Assembly: GCA_000998805.1 (NCBI GenBank)
Contig: LCFC01000004.1
Span: 2,446-66,445 of the forward strand
Origin: Parcubacteria group bacterium GW2011_GWA2_43_11
GTDB taxonomy: Bacteria > Patescibacteriota > Minisyncoccia > Phycocordibacterales > UBA12088
DNA length: 64,000 nt
Reading direction: 5' to 3'
Shown: positions 27,883 through 37,897 of the stretch, piece after piece
Numbering within the stretch: the first letter of the stretch is position 1
How the letters are laid out: the number at the start of each line of letters is the position of its first letter
Notes under the pieces: generated by a model
Database searches by the model: none
Told to the model about the DNA's origin: nothing
Seen by the model: the letters and a program-made list of their open reading frames with translations, nothing else
Translations under genes and position numbers: made by a program

Positions 27883-30114
27883 ATGATTAGTAAACATATT
27901 CAATGTTACGTATGTATTCTGAGCATTGCTTTGGGATCAGTGCTTTTTGCAGGAGAAGCACACGCAGTTACCTGCACTGCAGGAGCGCTTTCACAAGTCT
28001 TCTTTGGACAATCAGGAGCAAATGTCTCAAACCTACAGCAGTGCCTTATCGATGCAGGGTACAGTATCCCTGCGGGTGCTACGGGTTATTACGGTACACA
28101 AACTCAAACTGCAGTGAAGGCATTTTATCTCGCACGACTGAACTTGGGTGATTGGGATGGTAGATCGGTAGGTCCACAAGGTCGTGCAGCATTGACTAGC
28201 GCTGTAAGGACAAATCCTACGCAAACGCGTGCAAAACCAACAGGCGAAGCGAAGTCAAAAGAGTATGCGTACAAAAAAGTTTCTTCAGAAGCCGACCTTC
28301 TCACCTATATAGATGCTTCAGAGGGTATGACGTACGCAATGGGAACAGGATTACGAGCTACGTTTGCTGACGAAGATTCGGCAGTAGCACCCACACCAGC
28401 TATGGCACCAAATGCCGTTCCTTCAAGTGAAAAAACAGTCAGCGATCGTTTCAGTTCAACAAATGTACAAGTGTCAGGAATAGACGAGCCGGATATTGTG
28501 AAAACCGATGGTGAAAATATCTTTATATCGCCACAGTCGTACGGACCTTACTTTAGAGGTGGTGTAACGACTGTAGATGCCGTTGTTGCAAATGACATGA
28601 TGCCAGTCCCAAACTATGTCGACCCTACTACCAAGGTGGTAGATGCGTTTCCACCCTCTGACCTTAGTGTTATTTCAGAAGATGAGATAAAGGAAAACGG
28701 AGAAATGTTGCTTATCAGTGACACGTTACTTGTTTTTACCTATACCAGCATCGTAGCGTATGATGTAACTAACCCGGAAAGTCCAAAGAAAAAATGGGAC
28801 AGAAAGTACGGTGAGAATGTACAGCTCGTCACCGCGCGAGCAAATGATGGAGTAGTGTACCTGGTAACTTCTACCTATATATATCGAGATAGACCATGCC
28901 CTGTTGTACCACTCATGGGTGCGGGTATGGTGTTGCCATGTACGAGAATATGGGTACCGGAACATCTTGAACAATTAAATACAAGCTATTCAATATTGGC
29001 TCTCAATCCAAAAGATGGAAAGATAAATAAGGAAATTACATTCGCAGGGAAGGCAGATAATACTGTGGTTGCAATGTTTGAAGACAATATATACGTGACT
29101 CATCAGGAATCTTCCGGAAGTCGTGCGGTAGCGCTCGATTTCTTTGCGTCCGGGCTTACTGATTTGTTGTCAGATAGTGTACGTGCACGTATAGCAACCA
29201 TCGTGAGTTACGACATAAGCGACCCCTCAAAGTTAGAAGAAATCTCAAATCTTATTGAGAACGAGCAAGCAAAAATGAACAATAATGAAGCACTCCGATT
29301 TGAAACAGAACTAGCAAACCGTTTTGTGAGCTATCAAGCTCTTCATGCTCGCGACATTGACAGAACCGTCGTTACTCGTATTGCAGTAGACACACTCACT
29401 ATTGCAGAGACGAAGTCTATTCCGGGACATTTACTTAATCAGTTCTCACTCGATGAGTACAACGGGTACCTTCGCGTAGCGGTAACTGTCGGAGAGCGAT
29501 GGGGAGGAGGTACGCAAGTAAATGATGTATACGTACTTAGCAGCGCACTCGAAATTGTTGGAAGTGTTCTCGACCTCGGTTTTACTGAGCAAGTGTACTC
29601 CGCTCGCTTTATTGGAGACCGAGGCTACGTAGTGACCTTCCGACAGACAGATCCATTCTATGTGTTTGACCTCACTGACCCGCTACATCCTAAGATGACA
29701 GGAGAACTCAAGATACCAGGGTATTCAAGCTACCTTGAAGCGATAGACCATAACACAGTGCTCGGTGTGGGGCGAGATGGAGGAAATGTAAAACTCTCGC
29801 TCTTTGACGTGAGTAACCCTGCGCTACCCGTAGAACGTGCAGTGTATACACTTAAGGAAAGTTGGAGTGAAGTTGAGAATAACCACCATGCGTTTCTACG
29901 AGATAGTGAGTACAAAGTTGTCTTTATCCCAGCAAGTAACGGAGGGTATGTCATTTCGTATGACAATAACAAACTCAGTCTTAAAGCCGCTGTGAGTGGC
30001 TATGACGTACGTCGTGCAGTGTTTATAGACCAGTACTTCTACGTTGTCGGCGATGAGAAAATCACAGTATTGAACGAGAACACCTGGAAAGAGGAAAAGA
30101 CACTTTCGTTGTAA
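27883..30114 (+). CDS. Exported protein with peptidoglycan-binding domain and C-terminal beta-propeller (Beta_propel-like)
   Basis: Signal peptide; VSNLQQCL..TGYYGTQTQTAVKAF; STNVQVSGIDEPDIVKTDG, LLNQFSLDE, VTFRQTDPF, GELKIPGYSSYL. Confidence 0.88.
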   Translation: MISKHIQCYVCILSIALGSVLFAGEAHAVTCTAGALSQVFFGQSGANVSNLQQCLIDAGYSIPAGATGYYGTQTQTAVKAFYLARLNLGDWDGRSVGPQGRAALTSAVRTNPTQTRAKPTGEAKSKEYAYKKVSSEADLLTYIDASEGMTYAMGTGLRATFADEDSAVAPTPAMAPNAVPSSEKTVSDRFSSTNVQVSGIDEPDIVKTDGENIFISPQSYGPYFRGGVTTVDAVVANDMMPVPNYVDPTTKVVDAFPPSDLSVISEDEIKENGEMLLISDTLLVFTYTSIVAYDVTNPESPKKKWDRKYGENVQLVTARANDGVVYLVTSTYIYRDRPCPVVPLMGAGMVLPCTRIWVPEHLEQLNTSYSILALNPKDGKINKEITFAGKADNTVVAMFEDNIYVTHQESSGSRAVALDFFASGLTDLLSDSVRARIATIVSYDISDPSKLEEISNLIENEQAKMNNNEALRFETELANRFVSYQALHARDIDRTVVTRIAVDTLTIAETKSIPGHLLNQFSLDEYNGYLRVAVTVGERWGGGTQVNDVYVLSSALEIVGSVLDLGFTEQVYSARFIGDRGYVVTFRQTDPFYVFDLTDPLHPKMTGELKIPGYSSYLEAIDHNTVLGVGRDGGNVKLSLFDVSNPALPVERAVYTLKESWSEVENNHHAFLRDSEYKVVFIPASNGGYVISYDNNKLSLKAAVSGYDVRRAVFIDQYFYVVGDEKITVLNENTWKEEKTLSL

Positions 30115-30331
30115 AAGTTTGTCGGGTTTGAAAGTTTAAGTCCACAAGCTTAACGGAATGTGCTTGTGGACTTTTCCTGTGTCAGTGGGAGTACGTACCC
30201 TCAGAATGTGATACCATGTTTTAAGCTCAAGTATTATTTGAATCAGTTCATATATGGTGTGGTAATACTGAACAACAGTAAATAAATGACAACAAAAAGG
30301 TATTGGTAATAAGGAATTAATAAATTAAAAC

Positions 30332-32887
30332 ATGAAACAAAAAGAATACTTAGAGTTGGAAAAAAGAACCTTTGAAATTCTCCGTCGGAGAGTCTTAACT
30401 GGTGAGTTTAAGTTTAAAAAAATATTCTTATTTCTCTGTTTTGTTATGGGAGGGTTTGTTTTTGGCGTGGGAGAAGCGAGTGCGGAAGGTATTTATATAA
30501 GTAATGCTGGTGCTGGTGATGGATCTTCTTGTGGCCAAGCTCGTTCTGTTTCATGGTTTAACGCCTCTGCTAATTGGGGTTCTGGGGATAATAAAATCAG
30601 CGATAACGATACCGTTTATTTGTGCGGAACTATAACAAGCAGTTCGTTGAGGATGGTTGCATATGGCTCTGTTGGAAATCCCTATACCATAACCTCAGCT
30701 CCTGGCCAAACAGCTATTATTGATGGTCAAAACATTCTCGATAGGGGAATTTCAGCCTACTCCTCTGGTAGCGGAGAGGTTATACTATCCAACTTAGAAA
30801 TACGCAATATTGCTGGTACTGGTATAGAAGCCAGACCCGGTGTGACAATGAAAATTGATAATGTGACTGTGAGAAACGTTTCTCAAAACTGTATAGGATT
30901 GAGTGGTAATGGTTCGTATGTTAAGAATTCAACTTTAATCGGATGTAAAAACAATGGAATAAATGGTGCCATGTTATCTAATGGACTTATTGATAACAAC
31001 ATCATTACCCTTTCAGGGACATATAATGACGGAATCACATTACACGATGGGACTGGTTCAAACAATGTTATATCAAACAACACTGTTTCTGGGGTAATAG
31101 AAGAAAATGCAATTGATATCCTACCTGGTTATTCCAATACCACTATATTTGGAAATGATCTTAGCGGAGCTACTCTTTATGTTATAGGAAGTGGTGGCGC
31201 AAATACTATTATTTACAGGAATTATATTCATGACTCTGCGAGAGGTGTATATCTAGCTGCTCCAGCGAGTGTGTATTATAACAAGCTAGTCAATTTGTCA
31301 GATGATACCTATGGTTCTGTGGGTGGTACAGGAGGACTCTACTTCACTACTGCTGATTCAAGTTTTGTGTATAACAATACCCTCGTGGAAGGTACTCAGG
31401 CTACAGGTAGAGCTATGGTGTACATAGATTCTGGGGTTGATAATGTGAAACTTAAAAATAATATTTTTGACGAGAATAAATTACAGACGACCATGTATAC
31501 GCTTGATAATCCGTCCATAGGCCTGCAAAGTGATTATAACAATTTCAACACGCCGCATACCAGATTAGTACAGAATGCGTCTACCGTCTATGCGAATCTT
31601 ACTGCCTGGAAAAATGCTGGATATGATGCAAAATCAATGTATGGTGAGCAATTGTTTTCAAATTTTAGTGCTAGGAATTTTAACCTTCTTCCAGGTTCTC
31701 CATTAATAGACGCCGGCACCTCTGTCGGTCTTACTACTGACTTTGCAGGTAATCCCATCTACGGTACTCCTGACATCGGTGCCTACGAATATCAACCCCC
31801 ACACACTATCGGAACTAGTAAAATAGACATTGGAGCTGGAGCAAGAATTTATGGAAACGGAAAATTTCGAGACATAGGAGCAACCAACTCTAATTTAGCT
31901 GATTTAACTATTACCCCTCAAAGCGGAAACTTCCAATCATTTGACACTGACGAAGTCCGTCCTGAATGGCTCGACGTCAAAAACATCACTTGGGAAGCAA
32001 CCACCAAACAATGGACCGAAAGCTCAAATAATTCAACTCTCACCAACACCCTCCACACTGTTGGAGACTTGGAGGCCAATAAATACTACAACGTTAGAGT
32101 AGATGGTACTTTAGGCTTGAAAATAACTGGAACCAACTGCACAGGTGGAATTTGCAAAGCAAACAGTAACGGAAAAATAGCGTTTACCTACACAGGAACA
32201 TACGGGGAGCATACCTTTAGAGTAGAATATGCTTATACTGCTATTCCTATTCCTACCGACACCACCGCTCCATCTGTACCATCTCTCACCGCAACCGCAG
32301 TCTCTTCTTCACAAATCAATCTCTCCTGGACTGCATCGACTGACAACGTCGGAGTAACAGGTTACAAGGTATACCGGAACGGTACATATCTAACAACAAC
32401 AACCTCCACTTCACACAACAGCACCGGTCTCACCGCTTCAACTGCCTACAGCTATCGAGTCTCTGCTGTCGACGCTGCCGGCAATGAATCCAGTCAATCT
32501 GTTGCAAAAAGTGCAACAACGCACGCAGGGACAGTGGAAACTGATGCGACACCACCTGCTGTACCATTGAATCTGATAACATTGGCAGTTTCTTCTTCAC
32601 AAATCAATCTCGCATGGACTGCTTCCACTGACAATGTCGGAGTAACAGGCTACAAGGTATACCGGAACGGTACTTACCTCACAACAACGACCTCCGCTTC
32701 GTATATCAATACCGGTCTCACAGCTTCGACCGCCTACAGTTATCGAGTCTCAGCTATCGACGCAGCAGGGAATGAGTCCAGTCAATCTACAGCGAAAAGT
32801 GCAACAACACAGGCAGGGACAGGAGGAACTGACACGACACCACCTGCGGCACCAACAGGATTTACTGCAGTGAGTGCGTCTGCGTAG
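30332..32887 (+). CDS. Surface protein: right-handed beta-helix, choice-of-anchor-Q-like motif and two FN3 domains
   Basis: Asn-ladder repeats; LLPGSPLIDAG..PDIGAYE; two SSSQINL(S/A)WTASTDNVGVTGYKVYRNG repeats. Confidence 0.85.
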   Translation: MKQKEYLELEKRTFEILRRRVLTGEFKFKKIFLFLCFVMGGFVFGVGEASAEGIYISNAGAGDGSSCGQARSVSWFNASANWGSGDNKISDNDTVYLCGTITSSSLRMVAYGSVGNPYTITSAPGQTAIIDGQNILDRGISAYSSGSGEVILSNLEIRNIAGTGIEARPGVTMKIDNVTVRNVSQNCIGLSGNGSYVKNSTLIGCKNNGINGAMLSNGLIDNNIITLSGTYNDGITLHDGTGSNNVISNNTVSGVIEENAIDILPGYSNTTIFGNDLSGATLYVIGSGGANTIIYRNYIHDSARGVYLAAPASVYYNKLVNLSDDTYGSVGGTGGLYFTTADSSFVYNNTLVEGTQATGRAMVYIDSGVDNVKLKNNIFDENKLQTTMYTLDNPSIGLQSDYNNFNTPHTRLVQNASTVYANLTAWKNAGYDAKSMYGEQLFSNFSARNFNLLPGSPLIDAGTSVGLTTDFAGNPIYGTPDIGAYEYQPPHTIGTSKIDIGAGARIYGNGKFRDIGATNSNLADLTITPQSGNFQSFDTDEVRPEWLDVKNITWEATTKQWTESSNNSTLTNTLHTVGDLEANKYYNVRVDGTLGLKITGTNCTGGICKANSNGKIAFTYTGTYGEHTFRVEYAYTAIPIPTDTTAPSVPSLTATAVSSSQINLSWTASTDNVGVTGYKVYRNGTYLTTTTSTSHNSTGLTASTAYSYRVSAVDAAGNESSQSVAKSATTHAGTVETDATPPAVPLNLITLAVSSSQINLAWTASTDNVGVTGYKVYRNGTYLTTTTSASYINTGLTASTAYSYRVSAIDAAGNESSQSTAKSATTQAGTGGTDTTPPAAPTGFTAVSASA

Positions 32888-33067
32888 ACATCAACGTTAC
32901 TGTAAATACGCAAGTAAAAAGTACCTCGCCTTCGTCGAACCTAAAACCCGCAAATGCGGGCTTTAGGTTTCCAATTTTCAACTTTAAACTCACGGCTCCT
33001 GAGGCTGTTTGTGGTTTTACCACGTGCTGTTCGTGCGTCGCATACTCTTGTTTGCTATCATAACAGG

Positions 33068-33571
33068 ATGACCATAGAAAATAAAATTAAAATAGGGTGG
33101 TTTGTGTTTTCCTGTTCGGAAGACAACACCATACTCTTTACTGAGCTTCTAAACGACCATTGGCAGGAATGGAAAAAGATTTTTGATTTCCGTCACGTAA
33201 AAGTCCTTAAAAAGAATAACATTTACGACGAATTTGATATTGCGTTTATTGAGGGAGCTATCGCAAGCCCTGAGCACGAAGAAAAGCTTAAAGACATCAG
33301 GAGTCGTAGTAAAAAAGTGGTAGCGGTGGGAGCATGTGCAGTGACGGGAGTGCCAGCAAGTCAGCGCAATACCTTTACCCCCGAGCAAAAAGAAGCGATA
33401 CAATTTCTCGTTGACCGTTTTGGCGCACTTCCCGAAGTAAAGAAAGTGGCGGATGTTGTGACGGTAGATGCTTCAGTCCCTGGATGCCCGATGAATGCTG
33501 ACATGTTTTTGAAAGCGGTGAACGGACTTGTGGCAGAGCTTCGGCCCGAGCTTGCTCAAGCACAATCTTAA
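33068..33571 (+). CDS. NiFe-hydrogenase small subunit, proximal-cluster domain only (group 3b-related)
   Basis: SCSED, DIAFIEGAI, VAVGACAVTG and VPGCP; no C-terminal Cys-rich domain; likely start at ATG 33068. Confidence 0.85.
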   Translation: MTIENKIKIGWFVFSCSEDNTILFTELLNDHWQEWKKIFDFRHVKVLKKNNIYDEFDIAFIEGAIASPEHEEKLKDIRSRSKKVVAVGACAVTGVPASQRNTFTPEQKEAIQFLVDRFGALPEVKKVADVVTVDASVPGCPMNADMFLKAVNGLVAELRPELAQAQS

Positions 33572-33601
33572 CTATTACGAATTAAAATTCTACTACCGGG
33601 T

Positions 33602-35107
33602 ATGCACATGATAAACATAGAGCTGGAACACATCACTAAGATAGAAGGTGACGCGTCTATCAGTATCACTGTCGAAGATGGGAAGGCGACCAAGGTCCAC
33701 TTCATAACTGAAGAATACAAACGTTTCTTTACGGAAGCTCTGAAAGGTAAAAGTATTCTAGCGGTACCATCACACCTCTCACGCATCTGCGGTACGTGTT
33801 CAAACGCGCATGTGCTCGCTGCTATTGAAGCATGCGAGATGGCACTTGATATACAGCCTACCAAGCAAACAATGATGCTTCGCGCTCTTACCCTGCATGG
33901 ACTCACAATTCGCGACCATGCACTCCACCTCTACCTGTTCTGTATGCCGGACATCTATGGGAAGGATGCGTTTCTCGACTTTGATGAAAACGACCCCCAT
34001 GAGAACCAATTGCTACATGATGCGTTTGCGATAAAGAGCGCGGGGAACTTCCTCGCTACTATCATTGCAGGGAGGTCAATTCACGCGATGTTTCCGGCTA
34101 TTGGAGGCTTTATTAAGTATCCGGATGCCGAACAGGTCGCGCAAGCAATAGAAAAACTTGAAAGTGTACGCGAGGCTACGGTACGACTTGTCGCGGAGTT
34201 TGAGAAATGCACGTTTGCCTTTGACCGACATACCGACTACATGGCACTTTTGCCTGACGAAGGGTATGGATATATTAATGGCAGAATACGTACGAGTAAG
34301 GGTGAGGTGTATGACGAGAAGCTCTACCGTGAGCTTGTCGAGCACGTGGTATTGCCATACTCGCAAGCGAGCGCGTATCAGTACAAAGGAGACTCCTATA
34401 TGGTGGGTGCACTTGCTCGTATGAACATAGCTCGGGATAAGCTACATCCAAAGACGAAAGAATCGTGTCAATCCGCACTTGCACTGTTTCCCTCAACAAA
34501 CATTTTTCACAACAACTTGGCTCAGGCAATAGAAATTATGCATTCGGTTGATGAGAGTATCGACCTTCTTAAAAACAACCCTATAGTACAAGAAGATTTG
34601 GTTAAGATGCCATATCGAGAAGCCACAGGTATTGGGGTTATTGAGGCTCCTCGTGGAGCGCTCTACCATAAGATTCATGTAGGGGCGGACGGCAAGATAA
34701 TGGATGGAGAAGTCATCGTACCTACAGGGCAAAACCAGATAAATATTGAAGAGGACTGCGGACGACTCGTCGAAGATCTCGTGGCAAAAGGGGTGACTGA
34801 CGTGGAGGCGATAACTTTCGAGCTCGAAAAGCTCATCCGTGCCTATGACCCCTGTATGTCCTGCGCCGCAGCGCCAAATCGTGAAGAGCGAAACGAATTC
34901 TCAGAAGAACAACAAGAGATTATTGAAATGTATCAACAAGAGTTGCGAGACCTTGAAACGTGGAGAAATGAGCTTCTTCAGAAATGTGAAGCAAACGAGC
35001 GTGATGGAAAAGATTGTAATGCGCTACGGCAAGTAATAGAAGATGAGTATTTTGAAAAAGAATTGGAATTACGTCAAAGAGCCCACTATGCGGAGCACTC
35101 CGTATAG
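33602..35107 (+). CDS. NiFe-hydrogenase large subunit (group 3b-related) with atypical C-terminal extension
   Basis: KIEG, L1 RICGTC, EAPRG, VPT and L2 RAYDPCMSC motifs; no His after L2, about 78 extra residues. Confidence 0.9.
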   Translation: MHMINIELEHITKIEGDASISITVEDGKATKVHFITEEYKRFFTEALKGKSILAVPSHLSRICGTCSNAHVLAAIEACEMALDIQPTKQTMMLRALTLHGLTIRDHALHLYLFCMPDIYGKDAFLDFDENDPHENQLLHDAFAIKSAGNFLATIIAGRSIHAMFPAIGGFIKYPDAEQVAQAIEKLESVREATVRLVAEFEKCTFAFDRHTDYMALLPDEGYGYINGRIRTSKGEVYDEKLYRELVEHVVLPYSQASAYQYKGDSYMVGALARMNIARDKLHPKTKESCQSALALFPSTNIFHNNLAQAIEIMHSVDESIDLLKNNPIVQEDLVKMPYREATGIGVIEAPRGALYHKIHVGADGKIMDGEVIVPTGQNQINIEEDCGRLVEDLVAKGVTDVEAITFELEKLIRAYDPCMSCAAAPNREERNEFSEEQQEIIEMYQQELRDLETWRNELLQKCEANERDGKDCNALRQVIEDEYFEKELELRQRAHYAEHSV

Positions 35108-35227
35108 TTGATTCAGTTCTATACTGAAGTCCTCTTAATTATAGCGAAATCCTTGATATGTCATGATAGGTTGGATGATTAAAAATAAGAACAAGCCCCT
35201 TGTGAGAGGGGCTTGTGTCTGTTTTGT

Positions 35228-35608
35228 TTAAGAGACTTCTTCCGGGAAGCTCCAAGCATCCGGACATTTGCAGAGGTCAAGATTCCAAAGATCATCTTCA
35301 CTGTGATCATGCGGGCATGCTTCCATACTTACGATTTTTCGACATACGTAACACTGCCAAAAGTACTCGACCGTACCTTCAGCGCAACCGAGCATTCTTT
35401 TCACCTCCTCATCAGGTAGCTGTTTCTTGTTTTTTCCGTCACCGAGCCATACTACGAGTCGATGATTCGGGTGAGGTGTGTACTCCTCCCACGGACGCAC
35501 TTCGGCGAATTCCTTCCGAAAAATTTCGGGCGGATTGTCTGTTGCATAAGTGCAAGATTTGCATGACTTGCATTCGGGAATCAGCAGGAAAGCGATAAGT
35601 TTAGACAT
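35228..35608 (-). CDS. Cys-rich orphan protein, putative metal binder
   Basis: SD GGAGGAG; CKSCKSC, CYVC, CPHDH, CKCP. Confidence 0.6.
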   Translation of the reverse strand: MSKLIAFLLIPECKSCKSCTYATDNPPEIFRKEFAEVRPWEEYTPHPNHRLVVWLGDGKNKKQLPDEEVKRMLGCAEGTVEYFWQCYVCRKIVSMEACPHDHSEDDLWNLDLCKCPDAWSFPEEVS

Positions 35609-35836
35609 TTTCTCCTCCAGGGTTTACTTAAACTAAATAAGTGCTTCAGTGAACACTCAGCCTGCAAGGTACTATACACTAAATTTTAAATAATACTAGA
35701 ATTAATTCTAGTATTATTTCTGAAAACAGATTGCTTGAGTTTATAAAAATTATATATTTTGATACAAGGTGATGTGTATTTATAACAAAAGGCAGAGCAA
35801 GTAAACTTTAGCTCTGCCCTAATCTTGCGAATACAG

Positions 35837-36253
35837 TTAGATATTCGATTTCCAATAACCACTCTCGTCTAACGCTTCCATGTACTCAGGGAAATCTATT
35901 GCAAATTTTTTATCTATTCTTGTTAAAGCAACGCATTGCCATGCAACACCTAAGAAACAGCAACTAATTGGAACAGTGAGCAGGAAAGATATACTTTCAA
36001 ATCTGAGTAGAAAGTAAGCGCCTACTAGGAGTGACAGAAGAGCTAAAACAAAACCCGTTCCCACTCTTAGGTCGCCAATGCTATCCCTGTATTCTTGATG
36101 GCACTTTTCTGCTGCCCTAACTTCTACGTCGCAAAATTTTCGCCCTATGAGCTCCATTGCTCCACATTCAGGACATTTTTTACGAACTGCTTCACCGCAT
36201 TCACTGCAGAAATTTCCAAGTTGTCCTTTGTGTTTACATGTATCAGTATTCAT
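35837..36253 (-). CDS. Double zinc-ribbon membrane protein
   Basis: CKH..FCSECG..CPECG..FC, then two TM segments; SD GGAGGGG. Confidence 0.7.
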   Translation of the reverse strand: MNTDTCKHKGQLGNFCSECGEAVRKKCPECGAMELIGRKFCDVEVRAAEKCHQEYRDSIGDLRVGTGFVLALLSLLVGAYFLLRFESISFLLTVPISCCFLGVAWQCVALTRIDKKFAIDFPEYMEALDESGYWKSNI

Positions 36254-36439
36254 TTTACCCCTCCATTTGGTATTTTTGACAAACAGCCATCTATGTATCT
36301 GTCATGCAAGATAGCGTTACATGTTACTTTGTCAATCAATATAATTGAAGTTTTGCCTTATTTTGGCTTAATATAGCAACTTTCCAATTTGATTTGTCAA
36401 ATATATTGACAGAATTATTGTTCATAGTACCATGAACTC

Positions 36440-37186
36440 ATGGACAAAGGACTTGAAAAGCTTCTGGAGGAAGTGGGTTTTACTCAAAAAGAAGCAAAAG
36501 TATATTTGGCTCTTTTAGAACTCAATATAGGCAATGTGAAAGAAATTGCCAGAATCACACAACTGAAAAGACCCATAATTTATGTAATTTTGGAAGGACT
36601 CATTAAAAGGGGGTATGCCAGTGAATCCCTGGAAACAAAAATAAACATCTATCAACCTACTGATCCTTCAGTAATACTGAACAAGCTGCGGAACAACTAT
36701 AAAAATTTTCATGAAATGCTTCCCATCTTTCGCTCGCTGGGGAATCGAGGTAAGAAGCGTCCGAAGATTACCTATCACGAAACTAAGGAAGGTATTGTTA
36801 GTGTTTGGGAAGATATGAATAATTTTCAAGATGTCTTTCTTATTTCCTCCTATCGAAGAATAGAGGATCATTTTCCAGGACTTCTTGATAAGTGGCTTCA
36901 TGAGATGAAAAAGGGGATTATAAATCCAGGCTTTCGTCAGCTTGTCTCAGACAACCCATTTAATATTCGTCTTGCTAAGAAGTTTATGTTTAGCAAAAAT
37001 CAGAGAGTACGTTTTTTGCCTGAACTGCGCAATTCTCACATGGATTTCGCCATTTTTGGAAATAAATTAGCCATCACATCCCTTGGTGAAGATCCATTTA
37101 TTGTGGCTATCGAATCAGAAGAATTGGTTCATTCCATAAAACCACTTTTTGAGCTGGCGTGGAAAAACGGGGAGCGTATTAAATAA
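36440..37186 (+). CDS. TrmB-family transcriptional regulator
   Basis: GFTQKEAKVYLALL..IARITQLKRPIIYVILEGLIKRG wHTH; C-terminal effector-type domain ending FELAW. Confidence 0.85.
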   Translation: MDKGLEKLLEEVGFTQKEAKVYLALLELNIGNVKEIARITQLKRPIIYVILEGLIKRGYASESLETKINIYQPTDPSVILNKLRNNYKNFHEMLPIFRSLGNRGKKRPKITYHETKEGIVSVWEDMNNFQDVFLISSYRRIEDHFPGLLDKWLHEMKKGIINPGFRQLVSDNPFNIRLAKKFMFSKNQRVRFLPELRNSHMDFAIFGNKLAITSLGEDPFIVAIESEELVHSIKPLFELAWKNGERIK

Positions 37187-37244
37187 CATGTGGTAGTAGA
37201 TTTATATTTTTTATACTGGAACCACTACTATTATCACGTGCATA

Positions 37245-37318
37245 CGGAAACAATAATCTCGAATTTTGAAATCTCATCCGTGTACCCTTGTATGTCCTAT
37301 GCCGCGCACTTCCTGTAA
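37245..37318 (+). pseudogene. Degenerate duplicate of the hydrogenase large-subunit 3' end, retaining the ...AAHFL* terminus
   Basis: CTCATCCGTG-TACCCTTGTATGTCCTATGCCGCGCACTTCCTGTAA aligns to CTCATCCGTGCCTATGACCCCTGTATGTCCTGCGCCGCA at 34832-34870. Confidence 0.75.
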
Positions 37319-37381
37319 TAATGATACCGTCACACAAAGGCTGTGTGACGGTATTTTACTACTCTGGATTTTTCTACTCGT

Positions 37382-37789
37382 TCAACTTTCCACGTCCGTA
37401 GACATGGGATTGAGTTGTATTAGAGACCCTTCATCTACAAGCCAGTCCATGGCCACAGAGACAAACTTTTTAACAAGCTCGTTGTCTCCTGTGTTACTGC
37501 GCATTTCAATAGGGCGACCATCCTCGTAGAAATAAAGACCTATGGTGAAAGTTTGTCCTTTGGTGCGTCTCGGTTTGGTCTTTTTTTCCATGCTTTTGTG
37601 CTGCTGTATCCAGCGCGCAAGAGGCCAAAAGATGTCTAACCTGTTGTCAATTTCTGAAATACTGTTTTTTTCGATACACAGGTTGGATTTTACTTCTATG
37701 TTCTTTGGTGTGGTGCCGTCTCTCTCACACGAAACGTGAAGGAATATCGTGGTGTCTGCGGGTTTCGGTTGGATTCTCCAGTTTATCAT
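37382..37789 (-). CDS. Orphan hypothetical protein
   Basis: SD GAGGTG; terminator hairpin at about 37325-37353. Confidence 0.55.
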   Translation of the reverse strand: MINWRIQPKPADTTIFLHVSCERDGTTPKNIEVKSNLCIEKNSISEIDNRLDIFWPLARWIQQHKSMEKKTKPRRTKGQTFTIGLYFYEDGRPIEMRSNTGDNELVKKFVSVAMDWLVDEGSLIQLNPMSTDVES

Positions 37790-37897
37790 TTCTTCACCTC
37801 TCTTGTGTTTGGAAAGCCAGTATCTTTCAGTGTATGTACCTATTTTCGATTGTACATGAGAAAAAAAAGAACACTAGTATACATACTATAATTAATA

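Noticed and set aside
32258-32820. FN3 near-duplicate as a DGR template/variable repeat pair
   Set aside because: Both copies are in-frame domains of one gene, differences are not adenine-specific, and no reverse transcriptase is present.
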